NCBI GenBank assembly: GCA_965153285.1
Contig: OZ229111.1
Source of the DNA: Podarcis tiliguerta
Taxonomy: Eukaryota
Length of the DNA: 64,000 bases
Reading direction: 5' to 3' (one strand)
A program made the position numbers and the translations under genes. Each line of letters starts with the position of its first letter. The first letter of the stretch is position 1. The notes beneath the pieces were generated by a model. That model had not been told where the DNA came from. It searched no databases and worked only from the letters and a program-made list of their open reading frames with translations. Of this stretch, positions 12,420 to 26,100 are shown in pieces.

Positions 12420-13408
12420 TACTCGCATTAGACTTTGCAAAATGTCAGTCAATGCTGTTGGAGGATTTGACTTCATGCTTCATAAACCACCTGTTCTGAG
12501 GACCTTAGCCTTCCTTTGAAGTGTCTTCATCTGCTTAGTTTTTCACTTCCTCTATACTTCTGTGGTGTTTTTGCTTAAGACTGATTCGCGAAGAGGCTGC
12601 CTGGAAACTTGCAAGCAAAGATGTACTACATTTGAAATCCCTTCTCCACAATGGTTGCCAATTATCATCTTTCTGGAAATTGTGCTATCCATGTTATTAG
12701 ACCTAAGCCACAACATAATCAGTTTGTAACAGACTGTATTTTTCCAGACCTGTTGAGTTTCATTTCTGAGAGGCCTCTGAGAGCAAACTACTGTTGCACT
12801 ACTTCAGTCATGCCTGTTTGAAGCATCTCATGTTGCCATTTTGGTGCTTTAAATTTAAACTGTAAATCCAAGTGAAGTCCTTGGAAGAAGTCATTTGAAA
12901 ACAGCACACTATGAGGTGGAAGAACCCACAAATAGTTCATTCCTGGAATGGTGCAGACTGTTTTAAATAGTACCTTGGCACAAACACCATTGATGTTACC
13001 ACACTGAGAAGGCAGAGTCTGCCAAGTCCCAAAATGCCACTTAGCAATTTGATCTATTCCTTGAGTCACTTATTGCAATGATGTCTATTTACATGCTAGG
13101 GTTCTTTGTCCCAGTTCAGGGAGACTATACTGGATCAGGTGCATTGGTTATGATCCAGTGCAGTTGTGTGATTGGAATGGGGGTAACAGAATGTAAGAAA
13201 TGATAGGTCAGCATTTATATTCTAGATGGACACAAAAAAGTCAAGATAATAATAATTGAATAATAAACTAATAATAAAAAGGTAACCCATAAGTTGAAAC
13301 AATATCATAGCCCAGTGACCAAAATATTCATCTCCATGACCTCCAATCTGTTGGCCATTGGACTATGATACTGTTTTTATAAAATTATCATTTAAACGTT
13401 GTCCTGTA

Positions 13409-13650
13409 CAGTGGTACGTCGGGTTACATACGCTTCGGGTTACATACTCTTCAGGTTACAGACTCCGCTAACCCAGAAATAGTGCTTCAGGTTAAGAACT
13501 TTCCTTCAGGATGAGAACAGAAATCGTGCTCCAGTGACGCAGCAGCAGCAGGAGGCTCCATTAGCTAAAGTGGTGCTTCAGGTTAAGAACAGTTTCAGGT
13601 TAAGTACAGACCTCCGGAGTGAATTAAGTACTTAACCCGAGGTACTACTG
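13409..13650. mobile_element. Tc1/mariner MITE, copy 3
   Basis: TA|CAGTGGTACGTCGGGTTA...TAACCCGAGGTACTACTG|TA. Confidence 0.87.
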
Positions 13651-15706
13651 TATATGGAGTAGATTTAGATTTAACTTAGAAGTCACCTTGACTTTTTTGT
13701 ATCCATATTGGGCAGGAAATACATTTACCTTGTTTGTTCTTGATTACTCAATGTTTATATTTCTCCACTATCAATATTCATGATACTTTTCTCAAAGTAC
13801 TGGCCTCAGATGATACTGCTATTTAAGAACTGTAGTTCTGAACTGTTATATTTTTTTCCTTGTCATGTTTTGTACAGTAAGATGAAGTAGAATACTATGT
13901 GTGTGCTTTGAATGTTCAGTTCAGAAATGTGGGTCACAGAAATGTGGGATGCGCCAGTTTGTTTCCCTGGAGTGAGAAATGGCTATTGATGCTTGTCAGA
14001 ATTCAGCAGTATTCTTTGGTTAACAGCATTAGAATCTATACACATGTGGAGGATGAAAAGCTATCATGAATGCAGTTCATTCCTTCCTCTGTGGCACCTC
14101 AAAAGTTAGTAAAACAAATGCCTTCTTTGTAGTTGAGTGGCTACAACATTGACTCATATGCTAGCAGTGATCATCTGTTGAAGGAATGGGGGCTTTAACA
14201 GTCATCTGGAAGGAAGCAGCTGACTAAATTTTAATTGTATTATTATTTTATTTTTCAAACTTTTGTGGAAATATGATTTAAGGGCAGTAAAAATTATATA
14301 TAATGAGTCCTATTGGCTTTTTAAAAAATTGAACTTGCTTTTGATATCTAAATTTATTGGTAATCTTAATGTATATTTATTGTAACTTGCTAAGAGGTTT
14401 TGATCAAGTGCTATATAAATCCCGTTAAATAAGAAAAATAAAACAGGAGGAACAAATGCTGCTTGGAATCGTGCACTACAGAGGGCTAAACTAGATGTGT
14501 TATGAGAGATTGCCTATGTTTAACATTTTAAAAAGCTTCAGTGATCTGGATTAGGGTCATAGCACTAGGGGGAGTGCTGACCAGGGCTCTTTGCAAGGAG
14601 CTTGCAAAAAATGCTTCTGCATTCTTTGCAGGTCGCTTCAGGGATTGACTGTGGAGTTCCCCATGAGGAAATCAATAGCACAGATTTTGTTTAATGTATT
14701 TTTTATTAAAGATTTCTTGGTTTATAAAAGTATGTGCAATGCCTTTTTTCAAGTTACATTTTCTACAGATCAGTTTCATTTGTTGAGACATTAGTGTTAA
14801 ATTAGGAAGAAAAGGGGGGAAGAGGTGGAGGGGGCCATGGTGGGTGGGGGTGGGGTCAGGTGGCGATTATTCTATTTTACTTAATGTATGCATGGGGTTT
14901 TGTGTCAGCGTCACTTGTGCAAGTTCTCTGCTAGAAATCAATAGTACAGTTGATACCAGGAAGCTTGAACTGAGCACCTATCAGCACAACCAGGAGTCTA
15001 CTTTAAGGTTGTGCACTGGCAACCATGTTTCCACCTCCCTCAGCTGATGTCACATACCATATCAGATTTGGAACAAGTTTTGTGTAGTATAAGGGAGATA
15101 GCAGGCTAAATTGGGACCCATGCTGGGCCTAATTGGGTCACAGTCTGGAGATTCCCCATACCTCTAGTAGAGCTTCTAGCCTCCATCAGCTATAGTGCTT
15201 TGTCTATGCCTTCAATGTACTCTTGAAGTGCTACCCTATGTTTTTGTTGGCATGTCAAAGCAGTTCATTATCTTTGTGCTTCTGAACAGATAATGTTGTA
15301 GAGCCACTCTGCCAATTTCTATTCATTATTCAGGTGCTGGAGAAAGGGCAGTTTGAAATCTTTCAGCCTCTCACTGTCTGTAGGGCAGGAACAAACCTTT
15401 GCTCGGCTTAAATGGCTGACCAGACTTTACTTCTATGATCTTATTCAGTGGGTGATAGAAGTGTTAGTTCCAGTAATTACAGGTCTTACTACCTGGTTGA
15501 AAAGCCAATGCCTGTTTTAAAATGTGATCATTTACATATTCCTTAGCTGGATTTGTTCCAACTCCGTTAACCCTTCTTTGAATAGCATGGTACATTTTGG
15601 GTGTGTTTTTATTTTGTTTTCCCAAAACATTTAAAGTGGGATTCAATTTAAATGCAACAGTGCATCTTCAGAGAACTCTTAGGGGCCTGGTTCAACCCAG
15701 ACTTAA

Positions 15707-15824
15707 GGTAAAGGGACCCCTGACCATTAGGTCCAGTCGTGACCGACTCTGGGGTTGCGGCGCTCATCTCGCTTTATTGGCCGAGGGAGCCGGCGTTCAG
15801 CTTCCAGGTCATGTGGCCAGCATG
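15707..15824 (-). mobile_element. 5'-truncated Sauria SINE with 12-bp TSD
   Basis: Reverse complement of the Sauria SINE 3' end (compare 24670-24790); TSD ACCCAGACTTAA at 15695-15706 and 15825-15836. Confidence 0.88.
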
Positions 15825-16025
15825 ACCCAGACTTAAAACATTTTAACTGCTGATAAAAAAATATGCCAATCACCCATTCTCATTTCTTTTGAGATTAATA
15901 GAAGGTGAGTTATAGTTCTACTTGTTGCTTTGGAATACTGATAGTCCTGGGGCTTGTCTGAAACCAGTAGGCCATATCAGGAGCTTCCTGTTAAACACTC
16001 TGGATTTTTGCAGGTAACCATGATC

Positions 16026-16111
16026 ATGGACTGTGAAGAAATCCCTGAGTTTTCATGTCCAGAGGAAGAAACTGCATACTGGAAGGAGTTATCTTTGAAA
16101 TATAAACAAAG
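16026..16111 (+). CDS. NDEL1: NDEL1 coding exon 1 (exon begins 16014)
   Basis: ttttgcag|GTAACCATGATCATGGAC...AAACAAAG|gtatgg; [28 protein letters not shown]. An in-frame ATG lies 6 nt upstream at 16020. Confidence 0.95.
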
Positions 16112-19100
16112 GTATGGTTCTAGTAGTAGTTTACTGAGTTTCATTTCTAGGTAGTTAATGCCTTTAAATTGCTTTCTTTGAGGTAACCTTTTAAATGTCT
16201 GTTGCAGCAGTAAGAAGCAAGTGGTTGGAAGCCACGTGTCTTCAGCAAAGCTGTGAGCTTTGTGCTCTGGGATGCAGGAATAGAATTTCTTTGTCAGTAG
16301 TGGCCTTGCACTGTTCGAAATCTGCCTTTGCAAACAATGGGGTCCTTTATCATCTCAAGAATGCTGCTGATTGCTGCCCTTGGCAGATTGTCTCATGCTT
16401 CACTGTGGGGTTAAACTGTATATCTTTAAAAGTTCTAGTTTTACTGAAGTTTAGTTTAAGTACAGTGCAGCCTAATTTTGGTAAATAAGGTCGTTCTGAG
16501 ATTATAGGAGCTTTTGACTCCCTCTAGTGATTAGGATGCTGTTTAAGCCTCTGATTCTTGTATATTGCAATGATAGCAGCCCAGCACATGCGTGATCTGA
16601 ATGAATTCAGTTTCCTGCCTGAATACTGGTATGGAATGAAAGACAAAGACATCCATTATAAGCTACCAGAACCCCCCCCCCCCCCAAGAGATTAGATAGA
16701 TAGTAGATTCATTGTTCTGACTTGGTGGGTAATTTTTGTATAGTCTTGTAGTCTTGTTAGCTTCTTCTTGCCTAGAGCAGTATGGTTTGAAAAGGAAAGG
16801 AAAAAAAGCAGTGATGTTGGCTTCCTAAACAAGGTGTGTGGTGTGAGTTTTTAAGGAGTTAACACAGGGATGGGTAGAAACTACTCTGTTGGGAAATTTG
16901 CAGGGGATTGGCAGTGGTTTTCAATTTCTGTTTTTTTAGCAATAGCAAAAAGGATTCAACAGCATCCTCAGATTATTAGTACCTTGTTTATTCATCACTT
17001 TTAAAGAGTCTCAAAGTGACTTACAGTTTTTTATCTAATGGCACTCATCCAGTAATATTGTAAAAAAGTTGAAGCCTGCTGTACCCAAATAAAATATTAA
17101 CACCACAAACAGGTCAGAAAACATACTACAGTATTATCCCAATTAATCAAAAGCCTAGGCAAATAGGAATGTCTTAGCCTGGTGTCTGAAAGCTGACAGT
17201 GATGGTGCTAGGTTTTCATAGGGAGAGGATTCCACAAATGGATAGCAACCCTTGAAAAAGCCCATTCTCAGGTTGTCACCCTCTATACCTCCCTCTGAAG
17301 AGGCACACAGAGAGGAGCCTCTGAAAATCCCTGGGTTTGGGTAAGTTCATACAAGGACAAGTGGTCCCTAAAGTATTGCGGGTTCTGAGCAGCATAAGGC
17401 TCTATGGGTCAAAACCCACACTTTGAATTGCACTCAGAAACTAACTGTTAGCCAGTGTAGTCAGGCCAGATCAGTGTTACTATGTTCAGACCATCTGATC
17501 CCATTCAAGTCTAGCTGCTCAATTTTGCAATTTTGTAAACTGGCTGCAGTTTACAAATACCTTTCAGTGGTTACCCAGATGTGGGCAACAGAAGCTAGGC
17601 CGGGGTTGCAAGCTTTTTTGGAGCAGTGGGCAGTTTTTGAATTTTGAGAGTGCTGTGGGCACCCTGCATAAATGGCATGGCATAACCCAAAATTAGAGTA
17701 CATTCATGATTAATCTTTTCCCATATTTTTATTTCTGTACTAGAAACAGCTTAACCTGTTGTATTTCAGCTTGTCATACAGATGTTAAAGGCATATATTA
17801 GCAAACTACTTAGATGCCATTGTAGTTAAGTGGTAAATAAATTGTTTAAATAAAATAAATACAAACCCTGATTTTCCACAGTGTCAACCCTAAACCAAAG
17901 CCTATGCTGCCTCATTAAACTTGAAGAGACTTGCTTCTGAGTAGACTTGTAGACCATTGTATAGTTAATTAACTATACAGTGAATTGTGAATGAGTGCAG
18001 GAGACATGCCTAAGCCTCTTTGCAGAACCTTCACTTTTGCCTTTTGCAGGGACAGGATTCTTTAACATCCAGTCACACTTACTGTAGTAATATTTTTAGA
18101 AAATAATTTATAGGGAGAGCCAGTGTGGTGTAGTGGTTAGGAGCAGCGGACTCGTAATCTGGTGAACCGGGTTCGCTTCCCTGCTCCTCCACATGCAGCT
18201 GCTGGGTGACCTTGGGCTAGTCACACTTCTCTGAAGTCTCTCACCTCACAGAGTGTTTGTTGTGGGGGAGGAAGGGAAAGGAGATTGTTGGCTGCTTTGA
18301 GACCCCTTAGGGTAGTGGTAAAGTGGGATATCAAATCCAAACTCCTCCTCCTCCTCCTCCTCCTCCACCTGATTTCAGGTGAACTCACCACAGGAAAGAT
18401 GGATTCTGGTTCCTAGGGGAAAAGGAAGGGCAAACTACAAATATTCCACTGGTTGGAGAGTAAGTTAAATGCAAAAGAACTGCACTAAAGGGGAGGGGGA
18501 AGCAGCAGCTCTCTGGGGTCCAGGGATTTCTACTGCTTGGTGTCCAAACAACTTGTTTATTAATCTCTTTATTAACTTTAAACAGTATAGCATCACAAGA
18601 GACACAGTATTTTGAATAAGCATGTGTTTCAAGTGACACAAAGGATTCTATTGTTTGGAAGACTATTTTTTTCTTTCTATGGGGATGCACATAGATAGTG
18701 TGCAGCAATTCTTTCAGTAGGCTTTCAGCAAGAATCGTGGTTAACCTCCACACAATAATCCTTCACATAATGCAGCAGTAAATACTTTTGGTCCTTTTGA
18801 GGTTCAGTGGGAAGAAGTAGTTGAGGGCTTGCTAATATCATATTGACAGGATGGAGGCATGGTTGGAGTAATGCCTCACTCATCATCACCATTCTTCTTA
18901 CAGTTTTCAGGAGGCCCGTGACGAGCTGGCAGAATTTCAGGAGGGCAGCAGAGAACTGGAAGCAGAGTTGGAGGCTCAGCTGGTACAGGCTGAACAGAGG
19001 AACCGGGACTTGCAAGCAGACAACCAAAGATTAAAGCAAGAAGTGGAAACTTTAAAGGTACAACTGCATCTGTTAGCAGTGTTGGTGGAGGCAAATCTGG

Positions 19101-22100
19101 AATAGGAAATTATCATTGCATTTATAGCTCACTTCATTATCAAGACATTGCTATAAAGCTACACTTGGGTTTCAGGGCCAGTTAATTGTGGCCTATCCTT
19201 TCTCTTATTTTTATAGTCTCTTAGCCCACCAGATTTTCAAAAGTCACTGGAAAGTGAGCAGCCTAACAAGCCTTGGAGCTTAAAACTAGTGCTCAATGTC
19301 TATTAAAGGGCTTTTAAGAGTGAACATTGGTGTATTCTAATGCCTTTTACATGTGAAAGGACTGCTTGGTGCTATGAGTACATTATGGGAACAGAAGATG
19401 TTTTGGCAGAATCCTATCTGAAAGGTGTGTGCATTGCTGTTGGCAGCACTCTGGTTGCAAGGCTATATGAGTTTAGTTGCAGTTCAAAGACACAGTGAAC
19501 TGCCATACTGCCTTGACATGCTTCTGGAGAATTGCATTCTCTCCCATAAACCTAAAGATACTGTAACTTGGATCTTCTGTACTAAGAGTACTTGGTTACT
19601 TACAACCATCCAGTATAATGAAAAAACACGCTTGCTTTATGGTCTTAGATGAGGGCTTGAGCATACTGTAGCCACCACACCCCTTAAGACAAGCTGTCCC
19701 TATCAATATGAGTCTCTTACCTGAGGGGCTCTTTTGTAGCTACACATCTCATATGTGAATTTGCTTTTCAGAAATGTGGTAGGCATTGAGGAGAAAAAGA
19801 GAAGAAAATTGGTCAAGTCCTGCTGGGTGTGACTTGGTCTGCTTATATAGGCTAGGTAGTCTGTAAATGTATCTGCAAATATGAATGTGAGTTTGAGGAA
19901 GTAGCACAAGGGATAGCAGGAATGCTTCTAAATCACTTTGTTAATTTCAAAGCAGCAGAATACTTAATACTCTTGTGCTTTCAGGAGAAGCTTGAGCACC
20001 AGTATTCACAAAGCTACAAGCAAGTGTCTTTGTTGGAGGATGACTTGAGTCAGACCCGGGCAATTAAAGACCAGCTGCATAAATATGTGAGAGAGCTAGA
20101 GCAATCCAATGATGACCTTGAGCGTGCTAAGAGGTAAGGGTCATGGTGTTGGGTGATAGTCTGTTCCCTTCCTGAGACAGATACTTCCTTATATTGCCTT
20201 GCTGCTCAGGTTTTTGTTTCAGTAGCTTCCAAAGAGCCTTGTATGCTATAAATAGTGAATTGATACTGATGCAGTTGTGTAACTAAAACATCTACAGTGC
20301 TTATATGTCCAAAACCTCTTTCATGTGGTAGCCTCTTGGGTTAGCAAAAAATATGATTGAATTTTGAAGCATTAATGTAAAACACGCAATGACTATAATT
20401 TCCATTTATACAACAAATTGTTTTGTACTGTCCCCATAAAAATATATATGTATGTGTGTAGTGTTTGTGCCTGGTTGGACTGATTCTCTCCAGAATGATA
20501 AATTAGCATTCAGAATGTGCTGTGAGGAAAGTGGTCAATGATTTCTGTTACATCTACAGCTCACAGCATCAGGTTGGCACCAAGTGTGCCAAAAAAATTA
20601 TTTTATTTATAGTTAAGTATATATATCATGAATAGGAGCCGCAAACACCTTTAAAATGAAATCCTGCTCTCAGGGATTTAGGGCATCCTTGCAAATAAAT
20701 TCAGAAAGTTACCGACCACAACCTAACCATGACTTATAATACGATAGTTTTAGAAGTGACTGTTGAATGTGCACTGAAGAGTTGTATCCTCTGTTTTTCT
20801 CTGTGTGTCTCTAGAGCCACAATTGTTTCCTTGGAAGACTTTGAACAAAGACTGAATCAGGCCATTGAGAGAAATGCCTTTTTGGAAAGCGAGTTAGATG
20901 ACAAGGAATCTCTGCTAGTTTCTGTACAAAGGCTGAAGGATGAAGCAAGAGGTATTGCTAAATTAATGCTTAGTTAATGAAGATGGAATCTGGTTGTGAA
21001 GGAATAAATAGGAACTTTTAGAATGAACCGTGGGTACAAATGTAAGCCAAATTGTAATATATTGTCATATCGTGAAGTTTAGCTGGCGATATATTGCGAT
21101 GTTGGAAAGCAGGTATTGCCTAGCCATAGGTTCATAGAAACAGTAAAAGGGCTTTGAACTGCTACTGGTTTCCAAGCACCAAACAGCCAAGTGGGTGCCT
21201 GGAAAGTTCACACAAGGTATTTTGGGAGATGGGTGTGGTTGCCTACCTATCAATCATGTGATGACATAATGATGTCATGTCATTATTTGGCTTACAAGGC
21301 TGATCCTGATAAAGATTTGACCTGCGGAGGCAAATAGGTTTCCCAGCCATGCTTTATGTAGTGGCTATCATATTTCAGAACATGAATCGACAATCTATTG
21401 GACATCAGCAGACCAGATTTGATGAGGAATTACATATTAAGTAGCTTTGAAACCCATCTGTACTTATGTAATCTCCTTTGGAAATCCCTGACTTATGGAA
21501 CATTTCTCGGAATAGGCTTCAGCAGTACATAGATAAAGGCATGTCTGGCACCTTCAACATTCTTTCTGCGGCATCCCTGTGAGGCTCAGGAGCCCAGTTA
21601 TGTTACCCCTTGCCTGCAGAGCTGGCAGCCACTCACCATTTTTCAAACACGCTCCCTTGTAGAGTGTTCCCTTAGCCTCCTCTCCTTGGGAGTCGTTTGG
21701 GCAGCCGCTGCCGCCGCCCCTGGTCTCTTGAGTTGCTCTCCTGCCACAAAGAGAGGTGCCTCTTCACACTGCCCCACAAGGTCCTGGGACTTGTCTGTCC
21801 ATTCCCAACATCAAGGGCTGGTGGACTGGCTGACAGGGCTCCTTTGCCTGCTTGCTTGGTTGATTTGAGGCAGCCTCAGCTCCTGGCAACCAGTACCCGG
21901 CAAGACACTAAGAAGACCTCGCTGTGCCATTCTGCACAGACCTCTTGTCTCTCCCTGTTGTAGTGTGCTGCCTGCACTTATAATTTGGTAAAATAAAATA
22001 AGAGTGTGTATATTTTATAGACTTGGGTTCTTTTGACGTTTCAACAAAAAGTGTCTTTTCCACAATGGAAGTGTGAGGTGCTATTCAAAATATGAATATG

Positions 22101-23123
22101 CTGTGTCAGCCAAGCAGATGCTTGATAGCTAAGGAGTACATTCATAAAAGCTAGTGGGAGGAGGGAGGTGAATTTATCTGATGGGCAGTTTGCCTTTGCT
22201 TAAGGGTTATTAGTAATGCTACTTCTGTGTAACTTGCATTGATAGACAATGGAAATTGTTCATTATTGACTTCAAGCTTTAGTTCAAAGGAAGTCTTGTC
22301 CAAGTTGGGCTTTGAGATCAAGTCATTCAGCTCCAGCCAACGTTCTGTTTGTGTCTCATTCGGTCTTCACAACCTACTCAGAGATGGTAGCAATCCCCAG
22401 AGAAATGAGTACAACAGAAGTTGGAGGGTAAGGTGGATGTGTTCTCTGTGTTATGGGACACATCTGCAATATATTCTTCTTCAAACTTACAGATTTAAGA
22501 CAAGAATTAGCAGTACGGGAAAGGCAACAGGAAGTGACCAGGAAGTCAGCTCCTAGTTCCCCAACCTTGGACTGTGAGAAGATGGATTCAGCTGTCCAAG
22601 CATCACTCTCACTGCCAGCAACACCTGTTGGGAAAAGCTGTGAGAACAGCTTTCCCTCTCCAAAAGGTAGAACACAATACACATGTTATGCTTTGAATGT
22701 TCTACTGTTTACATTGTGTGTGAATGTAGAACTTGCACAGTTCTTGTTCATTTTCCTTTTTTGTTCATATGTACATCCATGTGACTAGTCTGTTGTCTTT
22801 TCCCATCTGCAGCTCTTCCCAACGGTTTTGGTACCAGTCCCCTTACTCCCTCTGCCAGAATATCTGCGCTCAATATTGTAGGTGATCTCCTAAGGAAAGT
22901 TGGGGTAAGAGCCTTTCTTTACTATGCGTGACTTATTTATTCTCCATTTCAGAGTTCCAGGCTATGTTTAAAGCAGCCTAGGACTTTTCATTGATACTGT
23001 TGCATACTGATTCTGTCACACTCTTTGTTATGAGATGGACTGTAAACAAGGATGCTAAGTGAAACAAATGTATTGTTAATAGCATTGTGAATGGAGGTAT
23101 CTGCTTCAAGATGTTTGAGCCAA

Positions 23124-23199
<76 letters not shown>

Positions 23200-26100
23200 T
23201 GGAATTAGTTCTCTGAAGAATTCTGGCATGTCCTGCATTTGGGAATCCATGTTCTATTCAAGAGCAGACTTTTCAAATCAGCTTCTCTTACTAAGAATGT
23301 GACATAAGCGGAATCAGAAGATTGACTGACTGCTCTGAGTCATTGCTCCATCTTATATTTTGTTGAATCTGCTGATGTTGATTCTATTTCTCCTATTCCC
23401 TCATTAAGGCAAATTACTTTAAATAAAAAGCTCTGTTATCTACTTCTTTCTCAGGCCTTGGAATCGAAATTAGCTGCTTGTAGAAACTTTGCGAAGGACC
23501 AGGCATCACGGAAATCTTACATTTCAGGGAACATAAACAGCAGCATGATAAACAGCAATGGCATGAAGTTCTGTCATTCAGGACACACGACATTCTATGA
23601 CAAAGCGTAAGTTCTCGTTGTGCTCAATGTTTCAGGGATGTAGTTTGTATGCTAATAGACAAAAGCTTCCAACCTTTGGCCTATGGACATATTTCCTGTG
23701 GTTATAGGGTGCAACTTAAGGAAGCCCATCATCTACAGGCCTCTTGTTAAGCCAGAGAACAGGATACCTTGACCCTCTGTGGATACGAATCTGAGCTTTC
23801 ATGTTCTCCAATTTGGCACCTAAGCTGTAGCGCTAGGAAGCTGGTTTGGCAACCTTCAAGAAATTGTAGTGGGCCCTTTAGAGTGTTCTGTACAGTTGGG
23901 GAAAGGTGTTAATAGCAAATAGTGGAACATCACTCAAAATAAGCAAGGCATAATGAGGTCAGATTTGTTTGGCTTACTGTGACACTTCATGTTTTGGTTT
24001 CTTCCCAAGAGTTAAGTGAAGCTTGTTAAGTAAGAAACAACCTAGCCTTCACATGCCATCAGTGAAACTCAGGAGTATTCCATCATGGCTACCACGTATG
24101 TCTAACAGAATGTTGGTTAGTAATGGTGGTGAGCTGAACTCCCACCCTCATATTTGTTGGACCATTTGTCCCCTTGGGAAAATGAATATGTTTTCCATTA
24201 GATTTCAAGATGGACAGAATAAAATTTTGTGGGTAGTGGTGGGCTTGGATTCACTTTACTTCTTAGAATGAGGAGGCAGAGGGTTTAAGGTCAACAGGAC
24301 CTTTTTCCCCTGAGTGTTAACTGTCATGTCGTTGTGTATGTGCTGATTTAGGTAAGATCATGAAGGGGAAGGGTTGGGTTAACTCACCCATTCCTGCACA
24401 AAGTTGTCCTGATCCAAATTTTTATTTTTTAAACTATACGGCAGTGGTGGGAAATAGAATTTGGCTGGAAAGCCAGATCCTTAGCTCCCCCATCTGCAGT
24501 GGGACACTTCAAATCCCCGTGACGGGGTGAGCTCCCGTTGCTCGGTCCCTGCTTCTGCCAACCTAGCAGTTCAAAAGCACGTCAAAGTGCAAGTAGATAA
24601 ATAGGTACCGCTCCCGCAGGAAGGTAAATGGCATTTCCATGCGCTGCTCTGGTTCTCCAGAAGCGGCTTAGTCATGCTGGCCACATGACCCGGAAGCTGT
24701 ATGCCGGCTCCCTCGGCCAATAAAGCGAGATGAGCGCCGCAACCCCAGAGTCTGTCACGACTGGACCTAATGGCCAGGGGTCCCTTTCCCTATGATGGCT
24801 GTTGGGCATGGCTTAGGAGAAATGGCCTCACAGGCCATATTAAGGACTCCTGGCAGAACAAATTAGCCTGTGGGCTGGAGTTTTCTCAACCACTGCCATA
24901 GAGAATGTGAAGGAGTTTCTCTTCCTCTGTCATATCAAGTACAGGAAGACAAACTTGAGAATGTTTGAAATGATCCACGCTCTTGGTAATTTCATTATAG
25001 AACGCAAGGTAAGCCCCTTCCACTCTTTCCACTGAGAGAACTTTCTCAGAAATTTCTCCGGCTCTTTCCCAATTTGGGGCAAAAATTATTCTAGCCTTTT
25101 ATGCCCCTCCCCTGCAAATGGGCAAAAAGAGCTGTGCCAAAAATATCGGTCCAGCTCTAGTTAAGAGCTGGTTGTTTGAAAAGTTTCAGGAGCTATGCTG
25201 CCTTGAGCATTTGTGAGGTTTTAAATAGTGTATGGTCAACCATGTTCCTACTCTTTTTGCAGAGATTTGGAGCCACTGCAAAGAAAGCCCTGCCCTATGC
25301 CACCTTCCCCCATACTTTGGCTTGTGGAGGATCAGGGTCATCCTTAAATTATGCTGCACAGAGATTGTTTAGGTGAAATAAACAGGGAGCTAGGCAATGA
25401 AGTTGTTGCAAAACTGAAGTGTTATGTTCCATTTAGCCTGCACCAGTTGCAATCTTAACAGCTGCATTTCTACTACCTTTTTCAAAGGCAGCCCCTGACA
25501 GACCTCAAGACAGCAGTCTAACCTAGATGTGACTAAGTGTGATTAGGACAAAGTGTGGTACATCTTTCATGTGCAAAACTAAATCCACATAAGCAGCTGA
25601 GTCCTTCAGAAGTTTGAGAGGGGAAAGTGAAAGTAGAAGCTCTGCTGGCTGCCTTTGTGCCTGGCTTAATGATGTTTTCTGTATAGCTTACAGACCAAGC
25701 TGCATCTTTGCCATTTGCACAAAGGTGGGATAGGAAATTGCTTGTGAATACACTTAGTCTCAATGTGAATTGGGTGTGCCTTCAATGTGTGATTTGCTTC
25801 TCATGGTCATGAATCCAGAGGCAAGCCTCTTAAAACCCACGCTTGCTATCTTGAGCCATACTGTGAACAGTAAGCAGATTGTAAGGTAGGAAAGGGTCAC
25901 TTCATGCTGGGCTGCATGCTGGGCTGGTTTGTGTAATGCAACATGCAGTTGACCCGCTGGAAGTATTCATGGTTTGTGTATATTTTGTGTTATCCCTCTA
26001 TTGCTGCATCAGTCATCGTCTTGTGTCTCTTTTCAGGTCCTTTGTGCTTTTTATCTCCTTAAGCTCATCTTATATTGGCTTAGTTTTTGTTGCCCTCTCC

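Noticed and set aside
14680-14930. Possible minus-strand LINE 3' end with a G-rich tract (G-quadruplex-like)
   Set aside because: No TSD found and family not identifiable with confidence.
18113-18190. tRNA-like sequence
   Set aside because: Head of a multi-copy SINE, continuous with SINE body and tail; no complete cloverleaf.
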